From: Gammaproteobacteria bacterium
GTDB taxonomy: Bacteria > Pseudomonadota > Gammaproteobacteria > Ga0077536
Direction of reading: 5' to 3'
Length of the DNA: 64,000 nt
NCBI GenBank assembly: GCA_963662545.2
Contig: CAXXLL010000003.1
Location: 1,696,001-1,760,000 of the forward strand
The notes under the pieces are model-generated. The model saw only the letters and a program-made list of their open reading frames with translations, was not told the DNA's origin and ran no database searches. Below, in pieces: positions 21,228 to 31,828 of this stretch. Position 1 is the stretch's first letter, and each line of letters begins with the position of its first letter. Position numbers and translations under genes: made by a program.

Positions 21228-22328
21228 ATGGCGCTTGATAGTACGGCCCGGCTGGAGGGCACGGATGTCCGTGCCGAGGCGCGCGACATCCGCAAGACCG
21301 CTATCGATCCGAATTTCTGGTACCCGGTCGCGCGCAGCAGGGATGTCAAGCGAGGCAAGACGCAAGCCGTCACGTTCGCCGGCGATCCCATCGTGCTCAT
21401 ACGCACGAAGTTAGGAGAACTGTTTGCGCTCGAGAACCGCTGCGCCCACCGGCAGATACCGCTGCACGTCGGCGCCGTCCAGGACAACACGATCAAGTGC
21501 GGCTATCACGGCTGGGAGTACGATGCCACAGGGAAATGCGTCAATATTCCCTACATCGACACTTGCCGTATGCAGCCGAACAGCGTCCGCCACTACCCCT
21601 CACGCGAAGCCTACGGTCTCGTCTTCATCTTTCCCGGCGAAGCCGCACTCGCGGCCTCCACGGCATTTCCCTTGGTCCCTTCGGCGGACGATCCGGCTTA
21701 CAAGACCCGCTACCTCGACCGGCGCCTTGACTGTCATTACACGTTCATGCACGAAAACCTCATGGACATGAACCACCAGTTCCTGCACCGGCGCTTAATG
21801 GGCGGCATCAAAACGATTTTTTTAGGGACTCGCGAAGGTGAAAACTGGATAGAAGCGGACTACTCGTTTAAGCGCGCAAGCGGTAAACAGCCGCTGGGTG
21901 AAAAATTCATGTTGGGCAAACGGCCCGAGGCCGCGCCCGGCGAACGCGACCTGATGACGATACGCACGGACTACCCTTATCAGACCCTCAAATTCTGGAC
22001 CGCCGGCAGCGAGCACCCGGCCCTTGACCTGTGGAACGCCTATATCCCGACGGACAAGGCACAGCGGGCCAATCATACTTTCGGACTGATGATGATTCGC
22101 CGGCCGCGAATTCCCGGGGTCCTCGAATTATTCTGGCCTTTCATCATCTGGTTTACGAACGGGATCTTCGCCGAGGATCGTTGGATCTGCGAACTCGAAC
22201 AGGCGGCCTTCGATCGACAGGGCGCCGATCGAAATCGGGAAATATTTCCCGCCATCCGCAGCCTGCGTAAGGTCCTTGTCGACAACGGTTTAGCAATGGA
22301 TGACGGCCAGAGCAAGACCATCGATTGA
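21228..22328 (+). CDS. Rieske non-heme iron oxygenase alpha subunit (VanA-like)
   Basis: CAHR...CGYHGW Rieske motif, ENLMDMNHQFLH iron motif. Confidence 0.92.
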   Translation: MALDSTARLEGTDVRAEARDIRKTAIDPNFWYPVARSRDVKRGKTQAVTFAGDPIVLIRTKLGELFALENRCAHRQIPLHVGAVQDNTIKCGYHGWEYDATGKCVNIPYIDTCRMQPNSVRHYPSREAYGLVFIFPGEAALAASTAFPLVPSADDPAYKTRYLDRRLDCHYTFMHENLMDMNHQFLHRRLMGGIKTIFLGTREGENWIEADYSFKRASGKQPLGEKFMLGKRPEAAPGERDLMTIRTDYPYQTLKFWTAGSEHPALDLWNAYIPTDKAQRANHTFGLMMIRRPRIPGVLELFWPFIIWFTNGIFAEDRWICELEQAAFDRQGADRNREIFPAIRSLRKVLVDNGLAMDDGQSKTID

Positions 22329-22349
22329 CGCACCGGGTTAGTTCCGCTT

Positions 22350-23812
22350 CATAGGTTAGTTCTTAAGCGGCCGCATGAACATGCTGAAGGCCGAGCTTGA
22401 GTCGTCCCGAAATGCAATCGCGGTCAGGTTTTGCGCGCTGAGCGTTGCTGGCCAAATAGCGCAACGCGTGTTCGAGCGGTCGGTGTAAAGAGCGGGGCCG
22501 ATGGATAAGCGTATGGAGAATGGGACCGAGCACGTGATGAATGCACTTGGCCGCGGTATGAGTCGAGATGGCGACGTTCAACCAGCGCTCGGTGACATGA
22601 GCGCAATAGCGCTGCAGCGTTGCGGCGCATAGTGCGGCCCAGATAAGCCCTTCGGCGATGTGCGGGTTGGCGGTATCAAAGGCGTGTAGATTGGCGTAAG
22701 ACTTCCACTCTTTGAATAGCAGCTCGACCTGCCAGCGTAATCGATACGCGTCGCTAATATGCTCGGGCGTAAAGGTGGTGGCGTCGAGATTGGTGATGAG
22801 ATAACGAGGTGCTGCACCTTTTTTAAGGTTGGGGTGCACGACTAAACGACAGGTCCAGGGTCCCTGCACGCCGTCGAATTGCACGGCCATGTCGAGGCAA
22901 TCGAAGCGCTTTAAGGTCGATGCCACCGCTTTCAATCGCTGCTTGTCAAAGCGTTTGACCCGCCGCCCATCGGCGCGACGAGCGGCAACGATCAGCGGAT
23001 TGATACCTTGACCCGCGCGCACGATGAAATAGCCGCCGGCGGTGTCGAGCGCTTCAAAGTAAGGCCGCGCGAAGTAGCCACGGTCGGCCAGCAGCAAACC
23101 ACCAGCGACCTCTTCAACGGCCGGCAAGAACTGCCGCTCTGCTGAGCTGTCAGGGCTGAGTACGACCTCGTTCAGGGTCTCACTGAGCAGGTCGAGATCG
23201 GCATGGAGCTCTACCGCGGCGGGACTCACGGTCGTGAAGCGACCGGGAAAGCTGTCCTTCAGCGCCGGTTTTAACGCAAACGAGGTGCCGTCCTGGATGC
23301 GGATGTGGTCAAACTGCGCAAATGGGCTGTTGGGTTCGAATCGGAGGACATCGCAGGCCAGGCCATTGAGCAATTCGCTTAGCAGCGCTTGCATAAACAT
23401 CGGAAACTGTTTTTTGGCGAGCTGATTATGAAACGGTTTGTAGCGCACCGTGGTCGAGCACAGCGCATTGAAAGCGCGTTGAATATCAGCGATACAGCTC
23501 GCTGAGTGCCCGGCGAAGCTTTCGATTAGGCTTACCGCTAAACGGAACGGCGTGACCTCCCTTTCTCGGCGACAGAATCGCGTTGCACGCCCCAAGTCGT
23601 TGAGCGTACGCTCGCCTAGCGTGCGTTTTAACTGCCGGCTCACTGTGCTAATTTCGCTGTGCTTCATCCGATACTCCCAGATCACGAAGCGATAAGTCAT
23701 TCCTCCGGTGTTTTGACGCCGAGCTCGGAACGATTGGTGTTGATTTCATGATCTGATCGGATGGAGCGCTTTTGGTTCCCTCTTTTCAACGGCTTATAAG
23801 ATCCGACCTATG
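22350..23812 (-). mobile_element. IS4-family insertion sequence
   Basis: IRs CATAGGTTAGTTCTTA / CATAGGTCGGATCTTA; 10-bp TSD AGTTCCGCTT at 22340-22349 and 23813-23822. Confidence 0.93.
22363..23667 (-). CDS. IS4-family transposase
   Basis: IQDGT, LADRGY, YRLRWQVELLFKEWK (YREK motif). Confidence 0.93.
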   Translation of the reverse strand: MKHSEISTVSRQLKRTLGERTLNDLGRATRFCRREREVTPFRLAVSLIESFAGHSASCIADIQRAFNALCSTTVRYKPFHNQLAKKQFPMFMQALLSELLNGLACDVLRFEPNSPFAQFDHIRIQDGTSFALKPALKDSFPGRFTTVSPAAVELHADLDLLSETLNEVVLSPDSSAERQFLPAVEEVAGGLLLADRGYFARPYFEALDTAGGYFIVRAGQGINPLIVAARRADGRRVKRFDKQRLKAVASTLKRFDCLDMAVQFDGVQGPWTCRLVVHPNLKKGAAPRYLITNLDATTFTPEHISDAYRLRWQVELLFKEWKSYANLHAFDTANPHIAEGLIWAALCAATLQRYCAHVTERWLNVAISTHTAAKCIHHVLGPILHTLIHRPRSLHRPLEHALRYLASNAQRAKPDRDCISGRLKLGLQHVHAAA

Positions 23813-23929
23813 AGTTCCGCTTAGGCAGGTCAAGACCTTAGGTCTGTTGCCAGATCATCCGTGGCTCAATTGATGGTCGTAATATCGTGCACTTTGCACG
23901 GTTTCAAACAGGCGAATGCCGGTTGGGTT

Positions 23930-23961
23930 TCGTGCAATATGCACGCTACTTAATGTTAGGT
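23930..23961 (+). other. Putative integron attI-like site (array start)
   Basis: ...GCACGCTACTTAAT-GTTAGGT core (23955-23961) without an upstream attC hairpin; core is complementary to ACCTAAC of the next attC. Confidence 0.6.
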
Positions 23962-24631
23962 GGCAAAACAAGTGCGGAGACCAGATGAGCAGGCGGCAAT
24001 CAACTTAGTATTCCAAGCTTTGATCGAAGAAGGCAAAGTACCCAACGAAGACAGTTCTATTGATGATAATCCTGACTGCGTTTTCGAAATTGAAACCTCT
24101 CGCATAGCCGCCGACTGCACGAATATAAACTTAGAAGCGTTAATGCAATGGAGTAACTCTACGAAGCGTCTCGAACCGGGTAAACAATACGAAATTAGGT
24201 TCGCAATCGAGCCGCATTATTGGGCGAAAAACTCGATCCTTGACAAGCAACCGAAGATTTGCAGCTATAGAGCTAACGGAAAAGCGAACGAAGTATGGCT
24301 AATCATCCACGCGCTTGAAGATCCGGAGCATTTCGATTGCGATGATTCGACTATCGCAATAATGACCGATGCGGTACGTAATATTCAGCCTGATTTCGAC
24401 GAAATTTGGTTCGTACATAAAGATTACCGCCCTACCAGAATCTGGCGAATCGGAGATCCAAAGGTCGCAGAATTCCCTCGATGGGACACAAGTGAATCTG
24501 AATATCCGTTTGAGAGCATTATTCAGTTTAAAAGCACAATTACTTCGACGGGATTGAACGAAACGGTTACATTCGGGGGTGCTTTTGAGGAAATTGTGCT
24601 AGACCCTCTAGATCCTAATTGGCAACATTGA
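23960..24631 (+). CDS. Hypothetical protein (cassette 1); weak PD-(D/E)xK-like pattern
   Basis: 223-aa ORF starting at the core site; DNPDCVF...IAADCT. Confidence 0.7.
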   Translation: MAKQVRRPDEQAAINLVFQALIEEGKVPNEDSSIDDNPDCVFEIETSRIAADCTNINLEALMQWSNSTKRLEPGKQYEIRFAIEPHYWAKNSILDKQPKICSYRANGKANEVWLIIHALEDPEHFDCDDSTIAIMTDAVRNIQPDFDEIWFVHKDYRPTRIWRIGDPKVAEFPRWDTSESEYPFESIIQFKSTITSTGLNETVTFGGAFEEIVLDPLDPNWQH

Positions 24632-24738
24632 GTATTGTCATGAAGCCATCTCCTGAGATACACGAAATGCCGTTCAGATTTCCTAGTGAAGTGCAACAAA
24701 GTACCCAAGAATAGGAAAACAAAGTGTCTCAGGCTCCG

Positions 24739-26069
24739 TTAAACGCTTGAGCGGACCGGGAGAAAGGTAACAAAAGTGCCAAGGTAGATGGGTAACACTT
24801 TTGTTATCGATAATGTCGTTTTAGTCGGCCGTAAGCATCTTCGATCCGATTGTATTTTTCAATCATTCGGCCGAGCTTAAGCGTTCCGAAATAGACGTTC
24901 CAAACACCACAGTCGATTTCCTCTAATCCTATGTACTCACCGGCACACGCGATTGAGACAGGCACATGGGTGGAATGCCATCGGATGCCACCGTTGGCAC
25001 TGACGAAGCGCTTGATGAAACGGTCAGGATATTCGAGCGGCGGGATTTTGCTAGGCATTTCTTTGGCAGAAAATTCGTAGAAGTCGGCAGGTGTGAACAT
25101 GTCGAGCGCTTCATGAGGGCGTTCTTCATTGAATTCAATCTGGAACCGATTAAATCGTTTCTGTTGCGCGCGATAGTCCCCGGCCGGAGGTCGAGTCGTC
25201 TCCGCCTTTAAGGTTCGGTGCATCCGTTCGTGTCGGCCATTTTGTTGAGGCTTTCCGGGTTCGATGAGCTCGGGATAAATACCAAGCCTGATCCACCAGG
25301 CAGACAGCGTTGATAATCGACCGAGCGTGTTCGTCGCGAAGGGGACGCCGTTGTCGGTACGGATGCGTTCTGGCAGTCCGTATTCTTTGAATAAGCGGGT
25401 GAACACCGCCTTCGATGGTTCAACGGCGGTCGTGAGTAATGACTGGCATCCGATGAGGTATCGACTAAAGCCATCGGTGACGGTCAACGGGTAACAATAC
25501 CGCCCGTCTTCGGTCTTGAAATGCCCTTTGAAGTCGGCGCCCCAGGTTTGGTTGGGTGCATTCATTCGGGTTTCAGGTTTTCCCGGATGCCCGAGTTTGC
25601 GTGAGCGCCGCGGTGTCCGGATGAATCCTTCACGGATTAGGATGTCATGAATGGTTGTCCGTGTTGGCCACGGCTCTCGCGGGTGCTTCCGCGATAGAAA
25701 CGTCCGCAATTTACGAGCGCCCCAAGTCGGATGACGTTGTCGCGCATCGATGATCAGGCGCTCGAGCCGCGCCGGCGTTTTATGCGGGCAAGTTCTAGGC
25801 CGCCGTGTGCGTTCCTCTAAACCCGCCGGACCTTCGCTTAGATACCGATCAATCCATTTGTAGCCAGTCTTGCGACTGATGCCGTAATGTTCGCACAGCT
25901 CGGTAACTGTCAACAGGTCGCGCAGATAGTCTGCGATGAATTGCGTTTTTTCGTTCATTGGTGACGTTTCTCTCCAGGGCATCGGACTCCTCCTTTGAGG
26001 AACCTAATACCATTGATCTGTCACCCATGTACCTTGACTATAATGTTACCTATCTACCCGGTCCGTACC
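24739..26069 (-). mobile_element. IS481-family insertion sequence in cassette 1, 8 bp before attC
   Basis: IRs built on CGGACCGGG(T)AGA(A/T)AGGTAACA with repeated GGT(A/G)ACA subsites; possible 6-bp TSD GCTCCG (24733-24738, 26070-26075); left end uncertain. Confidence 0.82.
24804..25982 (-). CDS. IS481-family transposase
   Basis: MPWRET, WGADFKG, IRTDNGVPF, PQQNGRHERMHRTLK. Confidence 0.93.
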   Translation of the reverse strand: MPWRETSPMNEKTQFIADYLRDLLTVTELCEHYGISRKTGYKWIDRYLSEGPAGLEERTRRPRTCPHKTPARLERLIIDARQRHPTWGARKLRTFLSRKHPREPWPTRTTIHDILIREGFIRTPRRSRKLGHPGKPETRMNAPNQTWGADFKGHFKTEDGRYCYPLTVTDGFSRYLIGCQSLLTTAVEPSKAVFTRLFKEYGLPERIRTDNGVPFATNTLGRLSTLSAWWIRLGIYPELIEPGKPQQNGRHERMHRTLKAETTRPPAGDYRAQQKRFNRFQIEFNEERPHEALDMFTPADFYEFSAKEMPSKIPPLEYPDRFIKRFVSANGGIRWHSTHVPVSIACAGEYIGLEEIDCGVWNVYFGTLKLGRMIEKYNRIEDAYGRLKRHYR

Positions 26070-26077
26070 GCTCCGCC

Positions 26078-26187
26078 ACCTAACAAGGCGCTGAACCGGA
26101 CGTTTCGCAGCGGGCTTTCTTGTGCCGGCGTTGCATTTTCGTCCCAAGAAAGCCCGCTGCGAAACGCCGGTTATCCTAGCGTTAGAT
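26078..26187 (+). repeat. attC site 1 (110 bp)
   Basis: ACCTAAC...GCTGAACCGGAC long internal palindrome ...GCCGGTTATCCTAGC-GTTAGAT. Confidence 0.9.
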
Positions 26188-26217
26188 TGCTTTCCGGCGC
26201 GATGCTAAACTGCAAGT

Positions 26218-26417
26218 ATGTCGGCTAAGAATCAGAGCGGGCTGAATTAGCGAATTCGCTCCTAGAGAGTTTAGAGCCCACAGACCCAGACGCGGACCGT
26301 GCTTGGGCTGAAGAAATCAGGCGGCGAGTAGAAGACCTTAAGGCAGGTCGAGTCGAAACAATCCCGTGGTCTGAAGTACGATCCGAGCTTGAAGCCAAGT
26401 TAAGGTCGATTGGCTGA
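26218..26417 (+). pseudogene. Addiction-module antitoxin (TIGR02574-like), frameshifted near the 5' end
   Basis: Frame from 26235: ERAELANSLLESLEPTDPDADRAWAEEIRRRVEDLKAGRVETIPWSEV...*; the ATG at 26218 is out of frame and TAA at 26226 blocks the coding frame. Confidence 0.75.
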
Positions 26418-26712
26418 GATTCGTTTCCATCCAGATGCGCGCGAAGAACTTGGTGCGGCATTTGATTGGTACTTGGAGCATAGCCCTTCAGCCGGGCAAT
26501 CATTTTTGCGACAAATTGACGAGGCAATCGCGCGCATCGTCGATAATTCGCAAAGCTGGCCAATGCATGTGCACGGCACCCACCGCTTTATCGTTCGAGT
26601 GTTTCCATTTCAAGTCGTTTACCGAACTGACCCGGAAGTCATCGAAATCATCGCGGTTGCCCACGATAAGCGGCGTCCCGGCTATTGGGGCGCACGTGTG
26701 GGCGCAATCTAA
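26410..26712 (+). CDS. ParE/RelE-family toxin
   Basis: FHPDAREEL...FPFQVVY...IIAVAHDKRRPGYW. Confidence 0.9.
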   Translation: MAEIRFHPDAREELGAAFDWYLEHSPSAGQSFLRQIDEAIARIVDNSQSWPMHVHGTHRFIVRVFPFQVVYRTDPEVIEIIAVAHDKRRPGYWGARVGAI

Positions 26713-26816
26713 CCAGTGGATCAACCGGACGTGTTACAGCAAGTTTATTTGAAGCGGCTGCGCATTTTCGCTCCAAAGAAACTTGCTGTAACACGCCGGT
26801 TATCCTAGCGTTAGGC
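26707..26816 (+). repeat. attC site 2 (110 bp)
   Basis: ATCTAAC...GATCAACCGGAC palindrome ...GCCGGTTATCCTAGC-GTTAGGC. Confidence 0.9.
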
Positions 26817-26834
26817 GACCATTATCTTTTGATA

Positions 26835-26863
26835 TTGCATAGATACCGTGTATTCGTTAATAT
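26835..26863 (+). promoter_or_regulatory. Sigma70 promoter of the higBA cassette (probably leaderless mRNA)
   Basis: TTGCAT-17 bp-TAATAT, ATG 6 nt after the -10 box. Confidence 0.7.
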
Positions 26864-26869
26864 CATCTA

Positions 26870-27160
26870 ATGATTACGTCATTCGGTGACCGCCGCACCG
26901 AAGATCTATTCCACGGGCGCACCACAAATCGAATCCGGCGACTACCGAAAGACATTATGGACGTCACCGTTCGTAAGTTAGACATGCTAAATGCGGCGAC
27001 CTCGGTCAACGATTTGAGATCACCGCCAAGCAATCGATTAAAGCGTTTAAGGGGCGAATATCAAGGCTTTTACAGTATTCGAGTCAACGATCAATGGCGA
27101 ATCGTCTTCCGATGGGCTAGCGGTGACGCAGCTGAAGTCCGAATCATTGATTATCACTGA
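26870..27160 (+). CDS. higB: HigB toxin (RelE superfamily)
   Basis: MITSFGD, DLRSPPSNRL, YSIRVNDQWRIVFRW, IIDYH. Confidence 0.93.
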   Translation: MITSFGDRRTEDLFHGRTTNRIRRLPKDIMDVTVRKLDMLNAATSVNDLRSPPSNRLKRLRGEYQGFYSIRVNDQWRIVFRWASGDAAEVRIIDYH

Positions 27161-27172
27161 GTAGAAACAACT

Positions 27173-27454
27173 ATGATTCCCGAACATAGAGTCGCAACAC
27201 ATCCAGGCAAAGTGCTACTTCACGAGTTTCTAGAACCACTAGATCAGTCTCAGAAGGGACTTGCCGAACATTTGGGTATCCCAATTCAGCGGGTTAATGA
27301 ACTCGTAAGGGGCAAACGAGGAATAACGCCTGATACTGCGTGGCTTCTTGCATCCGCTCTGAATACGTCGCCCGAGTTTTGGATGAATCTCCAAGTTGCC
27401 TTTGAACTGTCATCAATGACCCCTCCGAAGGGCGTTAAACCATTAGTCGCCTAA
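27173..27454 (+). CDS. higA: HigA antitoxin (HTH)
   Basis: HPGKVLLHEFL, GKRGITPDTA, SPEFWMNLQ. Confidence 0.93.
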   Translation: MIPEHRVATHPGKVLLHEFLEPLDQSQKGLAEHLGIPIQRVNELVRGKRGITPDTAWLLASALNTSPEFWMNLQVAFELSSMTPPKGVKPLVA

Positions 27455-27479
27455 CAAACGGATCAACCGGCGTGTTACA
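27449..27479 (+). repeat. attC site 3, truncated (left arm only)
   Basis: GCCTAACAAACGGATCAACCGGCGTGTTACA matches the left arm of attC2; no right arm. Confidence 0.75.
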
Positions 27480-27526
27480 TGCGCTAGACCCTGCAGGCGG
27501 CGAAAGCGATGCCTTTCGTCAATCCA

Positions 27527-27892
27527 TCAGCTGATCGTATCGTCCATCGCGCGAAGACGCCGCGTCATGAGGCGCATAACGTATAACGCAAAAAACGGCG
27601 TTTGCTGAACCAGAAACGTAAAGCGCCTCTCGTCCACGGCTGCAAGCTTACACTTCGTCACCGCCGTCGCGGTCGCGCTGCGCGGGTTGGTGTCGATGAG
27701 CGCCATCTCGCCGAACATCTCTCCCGTTTCGATCGTGCTGATCTGCGTATTGCGCACGCTCAACGCAACTTCACCCTCGATGACGACGTACATCTTGTCG
27801 CCCGGGGCGTCCTCTTCGAAGATCTTGTCGCCCGGTGCGTAGTCGATTAATTCGGTATCGTTTGTGAAAAGACTCAGCAGATCCACGGGCAC
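27527..27892 (-). CDS. Stand-alone cyclic nucleotide-binding domain protein
   Basis: GEMFGEMALIDTNPRSATA; no HTH tail; GTG start with GAGG RBS. Confidence 0.88.
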   Translation of the reverse strand: MPVDLLSLFTNDTELIDYAPGDKIFEEDAPGDKMYVVIEGEVALSVRNTQISTIETGEMFGEMALIDTNPRSATATAVTKCKLAAVDERRFTFLVQQTPFFALYVMRLMTRRLRAMDDTIS

Positions 27893-27956
27893 ATTACCTC
27901 GGTTGGAAATGACTCGATCGGCTGGCAGAGCATATCCTATCGTGCAGGGTCGGAGG

Positions 27957-28976
<1,020 letters not shown>

Positions 28977-29019
28977 TTAATGTACGCGCCCTTCGATCGC
29001 GAATCACGGCCGGACCGAC

Positions 29020-29613
29020 ATGGCTGAACGTATTGCCTGCGTCACGCGGGACACCAAAGAAACCCAGATCGCGCTTACCGTGAATCTGGATGGGGCCGGG
29101 CGCGCCGAGATTAACACCGGCTTGCCGTTCCTGGAGCATATGCTTGATCAGGTTGCGCGCCACGGCGTGATCGATATCCAGATCGACGCCAAAGGCGACC
29201 TTGAAATCGACGCCCATCACACCGTCGAGGACATCGGCATAAGCTTCGGGCAGGCCGTGCTCGAAGCCGTCGGCGACAAGCGTGCAATCCGGCGCTACGG
29301 TCATGCTTACGTTCCTCTCGACGAGGCTCTGTCCCGTGTTGTCATCGACCTTTCCGGTCGCCCAGGCTTGACTTATGAAATCGATTTTCCGCGCGCGCGG
29401 GTCGGCGACTTTGACGTCGACCTGTTCGGGGAATTCTTTCGAGGTTTCGCGAACCACGCCAAGTGTACGCTGCATATCGACAACCTGCGCGGCCGCAACA
29501 CACACCATATTATCGAAACCGTGTTCAAGGCGTTCGGCCGCGCCTTGCGCATGGCCGTCGAACGTGACCCTCGCATGGGAGACGAACTGCCTTCGACCAA
29601 GGGCGTGCTCTAG
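29020..29613 (+). CDS. hisB: Imidazoleglycerol-phosphate dehydratase
   Basis: [22 protein letters not shown]. Confidence 0.97.
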   Translation: MAERIACVTRDTKETQIALTVNLDGAGRAEINTGLPFLEHMLDQVARHGVIDIQIDAKGDLEIDAHHTVEDIGISFGQAVLEAVGDKRAIRRYGHAYVPLDEALSRVVIDLSGRPGLTYEIDFPRARVGDFDVDLFGEFFRGFANHAKCTLHIDNLRGRNTHHIIETVFKAFGRALRMAVERDPRMGDELPSTKGVL

Positions 29614-29771
29614 TGCGCCGTCCCGCGAAAAACTTTCATAATTCGCTGGTCTTTTTCGTCCCCAGCCGTGCTCGTCCTTGCGTAGAGCCCGCTACGCGGC
29701 GTCCTCGCGCCTTGCCAGGAACGAAAAATCCAGCGCGACTTACGCAACTTTTTCACGGGGCGGCGCACTAG
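29610..29771. repeat. MITE-like element, family B (copy 1, 162 bp)
   Basis: IR CTAGTGCGCCGTCCCGCGAAAAA / TTTTTCACGGGGCGGCGCACTAG; close copy at 40165-40326. Confidence 0.88.
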
Positions 29772-29794
29772 CAGCCTGTTGTTAGTTTACTAAA

Positions 29795-30445
29795 GTGTCT
29801 ACGGTCGCCGTCATTGATTATGGTGGAAGCAACCTGCGCTCGGTTGTCAAAGCGCTGGAATCGGTGGCGCGTGAGCGCCACCGGATAATCGTCAGTGATG
29901 AAAGCCGCGTTATTCGCGAGGCAGAGCGCGTGGTTTTTCCCGGTCAGGGTGCGCTCGGCGATTGCATGGCGCGCCTCGCGGCCTGCGATCTGACCGAAGT
30001 GGTCTGCGATTGTGCGCAGACGCGTCCCTTTTTAGGCATCTGCCTCGGGCTGCAGTCGCTGATGCCGTTCAGCGAGGAGGACGGGGGCACGGAGGGGCTC
30101 GGGCTTTTCGCAGGCCGGGTCGTCCGCTTCCCAGAGCGCCCGCCTGCCGCGCCCGACGGTAGCCCGCGTAAAGTGCCGCACATGGGATGGAACCAGGTTG
30201 AATGGGCGCGCGCGCATCCCGTCACGGCAGGCATCGGGACGGGCACGCGTTTCTATTTCGTGCATAGCTATTACGTCGTGCCGGAGGATAGCGCCCTGAC
30301 CCTGGGCTCTACCCAATACATCCGTCCATTCACCGCCGCGCTCGCGAGCGGGTATGTATTCGCGACGCAATTCCACCCCGAGAAAAGCGCCGCAGCGGGG
30401 CTCCGACTGCTTGAAAATTTCTTGGCCTGGAACGGCGGCGCCTAA
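29795..30445 (+). CDS. hisH: Imidazole glycerol phosphate synthase glutaminase subunit
   Basis: GICLGLQ, VPHMGWN, YFVHSY, QFHPEKS. Confidence 0.96.
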   Translation: MSTVAVIDYGGSNLRSVVKALESVARERHRIIVSDESRVIREAERVVFPGQGALGDCMARLAACDLTEVVCDCAQTRPFLGICLGLQSLMPFSEEDGGTEGLGLFAGRVVRFPERPPAAPDGSPRKVPHMGWNQVEWARAHPVTAGIGTGTRFYFVHSYYVVPEDSALTLGSTQYIRPFTAALASGYVFATQFHPEKSAAAGLRLLENFLAWNGGA

Positions 30446-30467
30446 GCTTCGGGTTCTTCCACGAATC

Positions 30468-31754
30468 TCATCGCGTCTCACGAGCGACGGCGCGGTAACC
30501 GATATCGCGCCGGTAGAACATGCCCTGCCAATCGATGGTGTCGACGCGCCGGTAGGCTGCGGCCTGCGCATCGCCGACCTTGTCGCCCAGACCCACAACG
30601 CAAAGCACGCGGCCGCCGTTCGTCACGCAGCGATCCTCATCGATACGCGTCCCCGCGTGGAATACCCGAGTCGAAGTTTCGTTACCCGCTGTGAGTCCGT
30701 CGATGACAGCGCCCTTCTCATAAGCACCGGGATAACCAACGGCAGCCAAGACGACGCCGAGCGCCGCCTTGTGATCCCACTCGAGGGCTACCGACCCGGC
30801 ATCCCCATTCAATACGGCGAGGCAGGCGGCGACCAGATCTGATTTGAGCCGCATCATGACGGGCTGGGTTTCGGGATCGCCGAATCGGCAGTTGAACTCG
30901 AGAACCCGGGGTATGCCGTCGGACCCGATCATGACGCCGGCATAGAGAAAACCGCAGTAAGGCCGCCCGTCGCTCCGCATCCCGTCCAAAGTCGGGGCGA
31001 TCACGGTCTGCATGATGCGCTCGTGCATGCGCTCATCGATGACGGGTGCGGGCGAGTAGGCGCCCATCCCCCCGGTATTGGGTCCGCGGTCGCCTTCGTC
31101 GCGGGCTTTGTGGTCCTGCGAGGAAGCGAAGGGAATCGCCGTTACACCGTCGGTCATGCAGATGAAGCTGGCTTCTTCACCATCGAGGAATTCCTCGACG
31201 ACGATGCGCGCACCGGCGGCGCCGAAAGCTTTCTCGGCCAGCATCGACCTTGCAGCGGCCCGCGCCTGTTCGTGATCCTGGGCGATGATGACTCCTTTCC
31301 CCGCCGCCAGGCCGTCGGCCTTGATCACCACCGGAATCGCTTGGGTGTCGATATAGTCAAGTGCGGCCGGCAAATCATCGAAGTTCTCGTAGGCGGCGCT
31401 CGGGATGCCGTGTCGTTTTAAAAAGTCCTTGGTGTAGGACTTGGAAGCTTCGAGGATCGCCGCATCCCGCCTTGGCCCGAAGCATTTGAGGCCGGCCTCG
31501 TCAAAGGCATCGACGATGCCCGCGACGAGGGGGGCTTCGGGGCCGACGATGCTGAGCCCAATCGATTCGTCCGCGGCGAAGCGAGTCAGGCGCTCGATAT
31601 CTTCCGCCCCGATATCGACGTTGCCGACCCCGGCTTCCCGCGCAGTGCCGGCGTTACCGGGCGCGCAGATCACGGCTTCCACCAGCGGCGATTGCGCGCA
31701 TTTCCATGCCAGGGCGTGTTCCCGCCCGCCACCGCCGATGATCAATACCTGCAT
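30468..31754 (-). CDS. purD: Phosphoribosylamine--glycine ligase
   Basis: [44 protein letters not shown]. Confidence 0.98.
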   Translation of the reverse strand: MQVLIIGGGGREHALAWKCAQSPLVEAVICAPGNAGTAREAGVGNVDIGAEDIERLTRFAADESIGLSIVGPEAPLVAGIVDAFDEAGLKCFGPRRDAAILEASKSYTKDFLKRHGIPSAAYENFDDLPAALDYIDTQAIPVVIKADGLAAGKGVIIAQDHEQARAAARSMLAEKAFGAAGARIVVEEFLDGEEASFICMTDGVTAIPFASSQDHKARDEGDRGPNTGGMGAYSPAPVIDERMHERIMQTVIAPTLDGMRSDGRPYCGFLYAGVMIGSDGIPRVLEFNCRFGDPETQPVMMRLKSDLVAACLAVLNGDAGSVALEWDHKAALGVVLAAVGYPGAYEKGAVIDGLTAGNETSTRVFHAGTRIDEDRCVTNGGRVLCVVGLGDKVGDAQAAAYRRVDTIDWQGMFYRRDIGYRAVARETR

Positions 31755-31828
31755 CGCATCCTAACCCGCGAATTTCACGAAGCGTCTAGAGCAACGGCTC
31801 GTCAAAAAGTGGCATTTTCAGCCGCGTG

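Larger units (their letters stand above)
23955..27479 (+). mobile_element. Integron cassette array without integrase (3 cassettes)
   Basis: Three matched core/inverse-core pairs GTTAGGT/ACCTAAC, GTTAGAT/ATCTAAC, GTTAGGC/GCCTAAC; AT-richer co-oriented cargo. Confidence 0.88.

Noticed and set aside
23823-23900. Possible intI 5' remnant (minus strand ...GNRPKVL...)
   Set aside because: Only a few residues resemble an IntI N-terminus, with an in-frame stop just upstream; too weak to call
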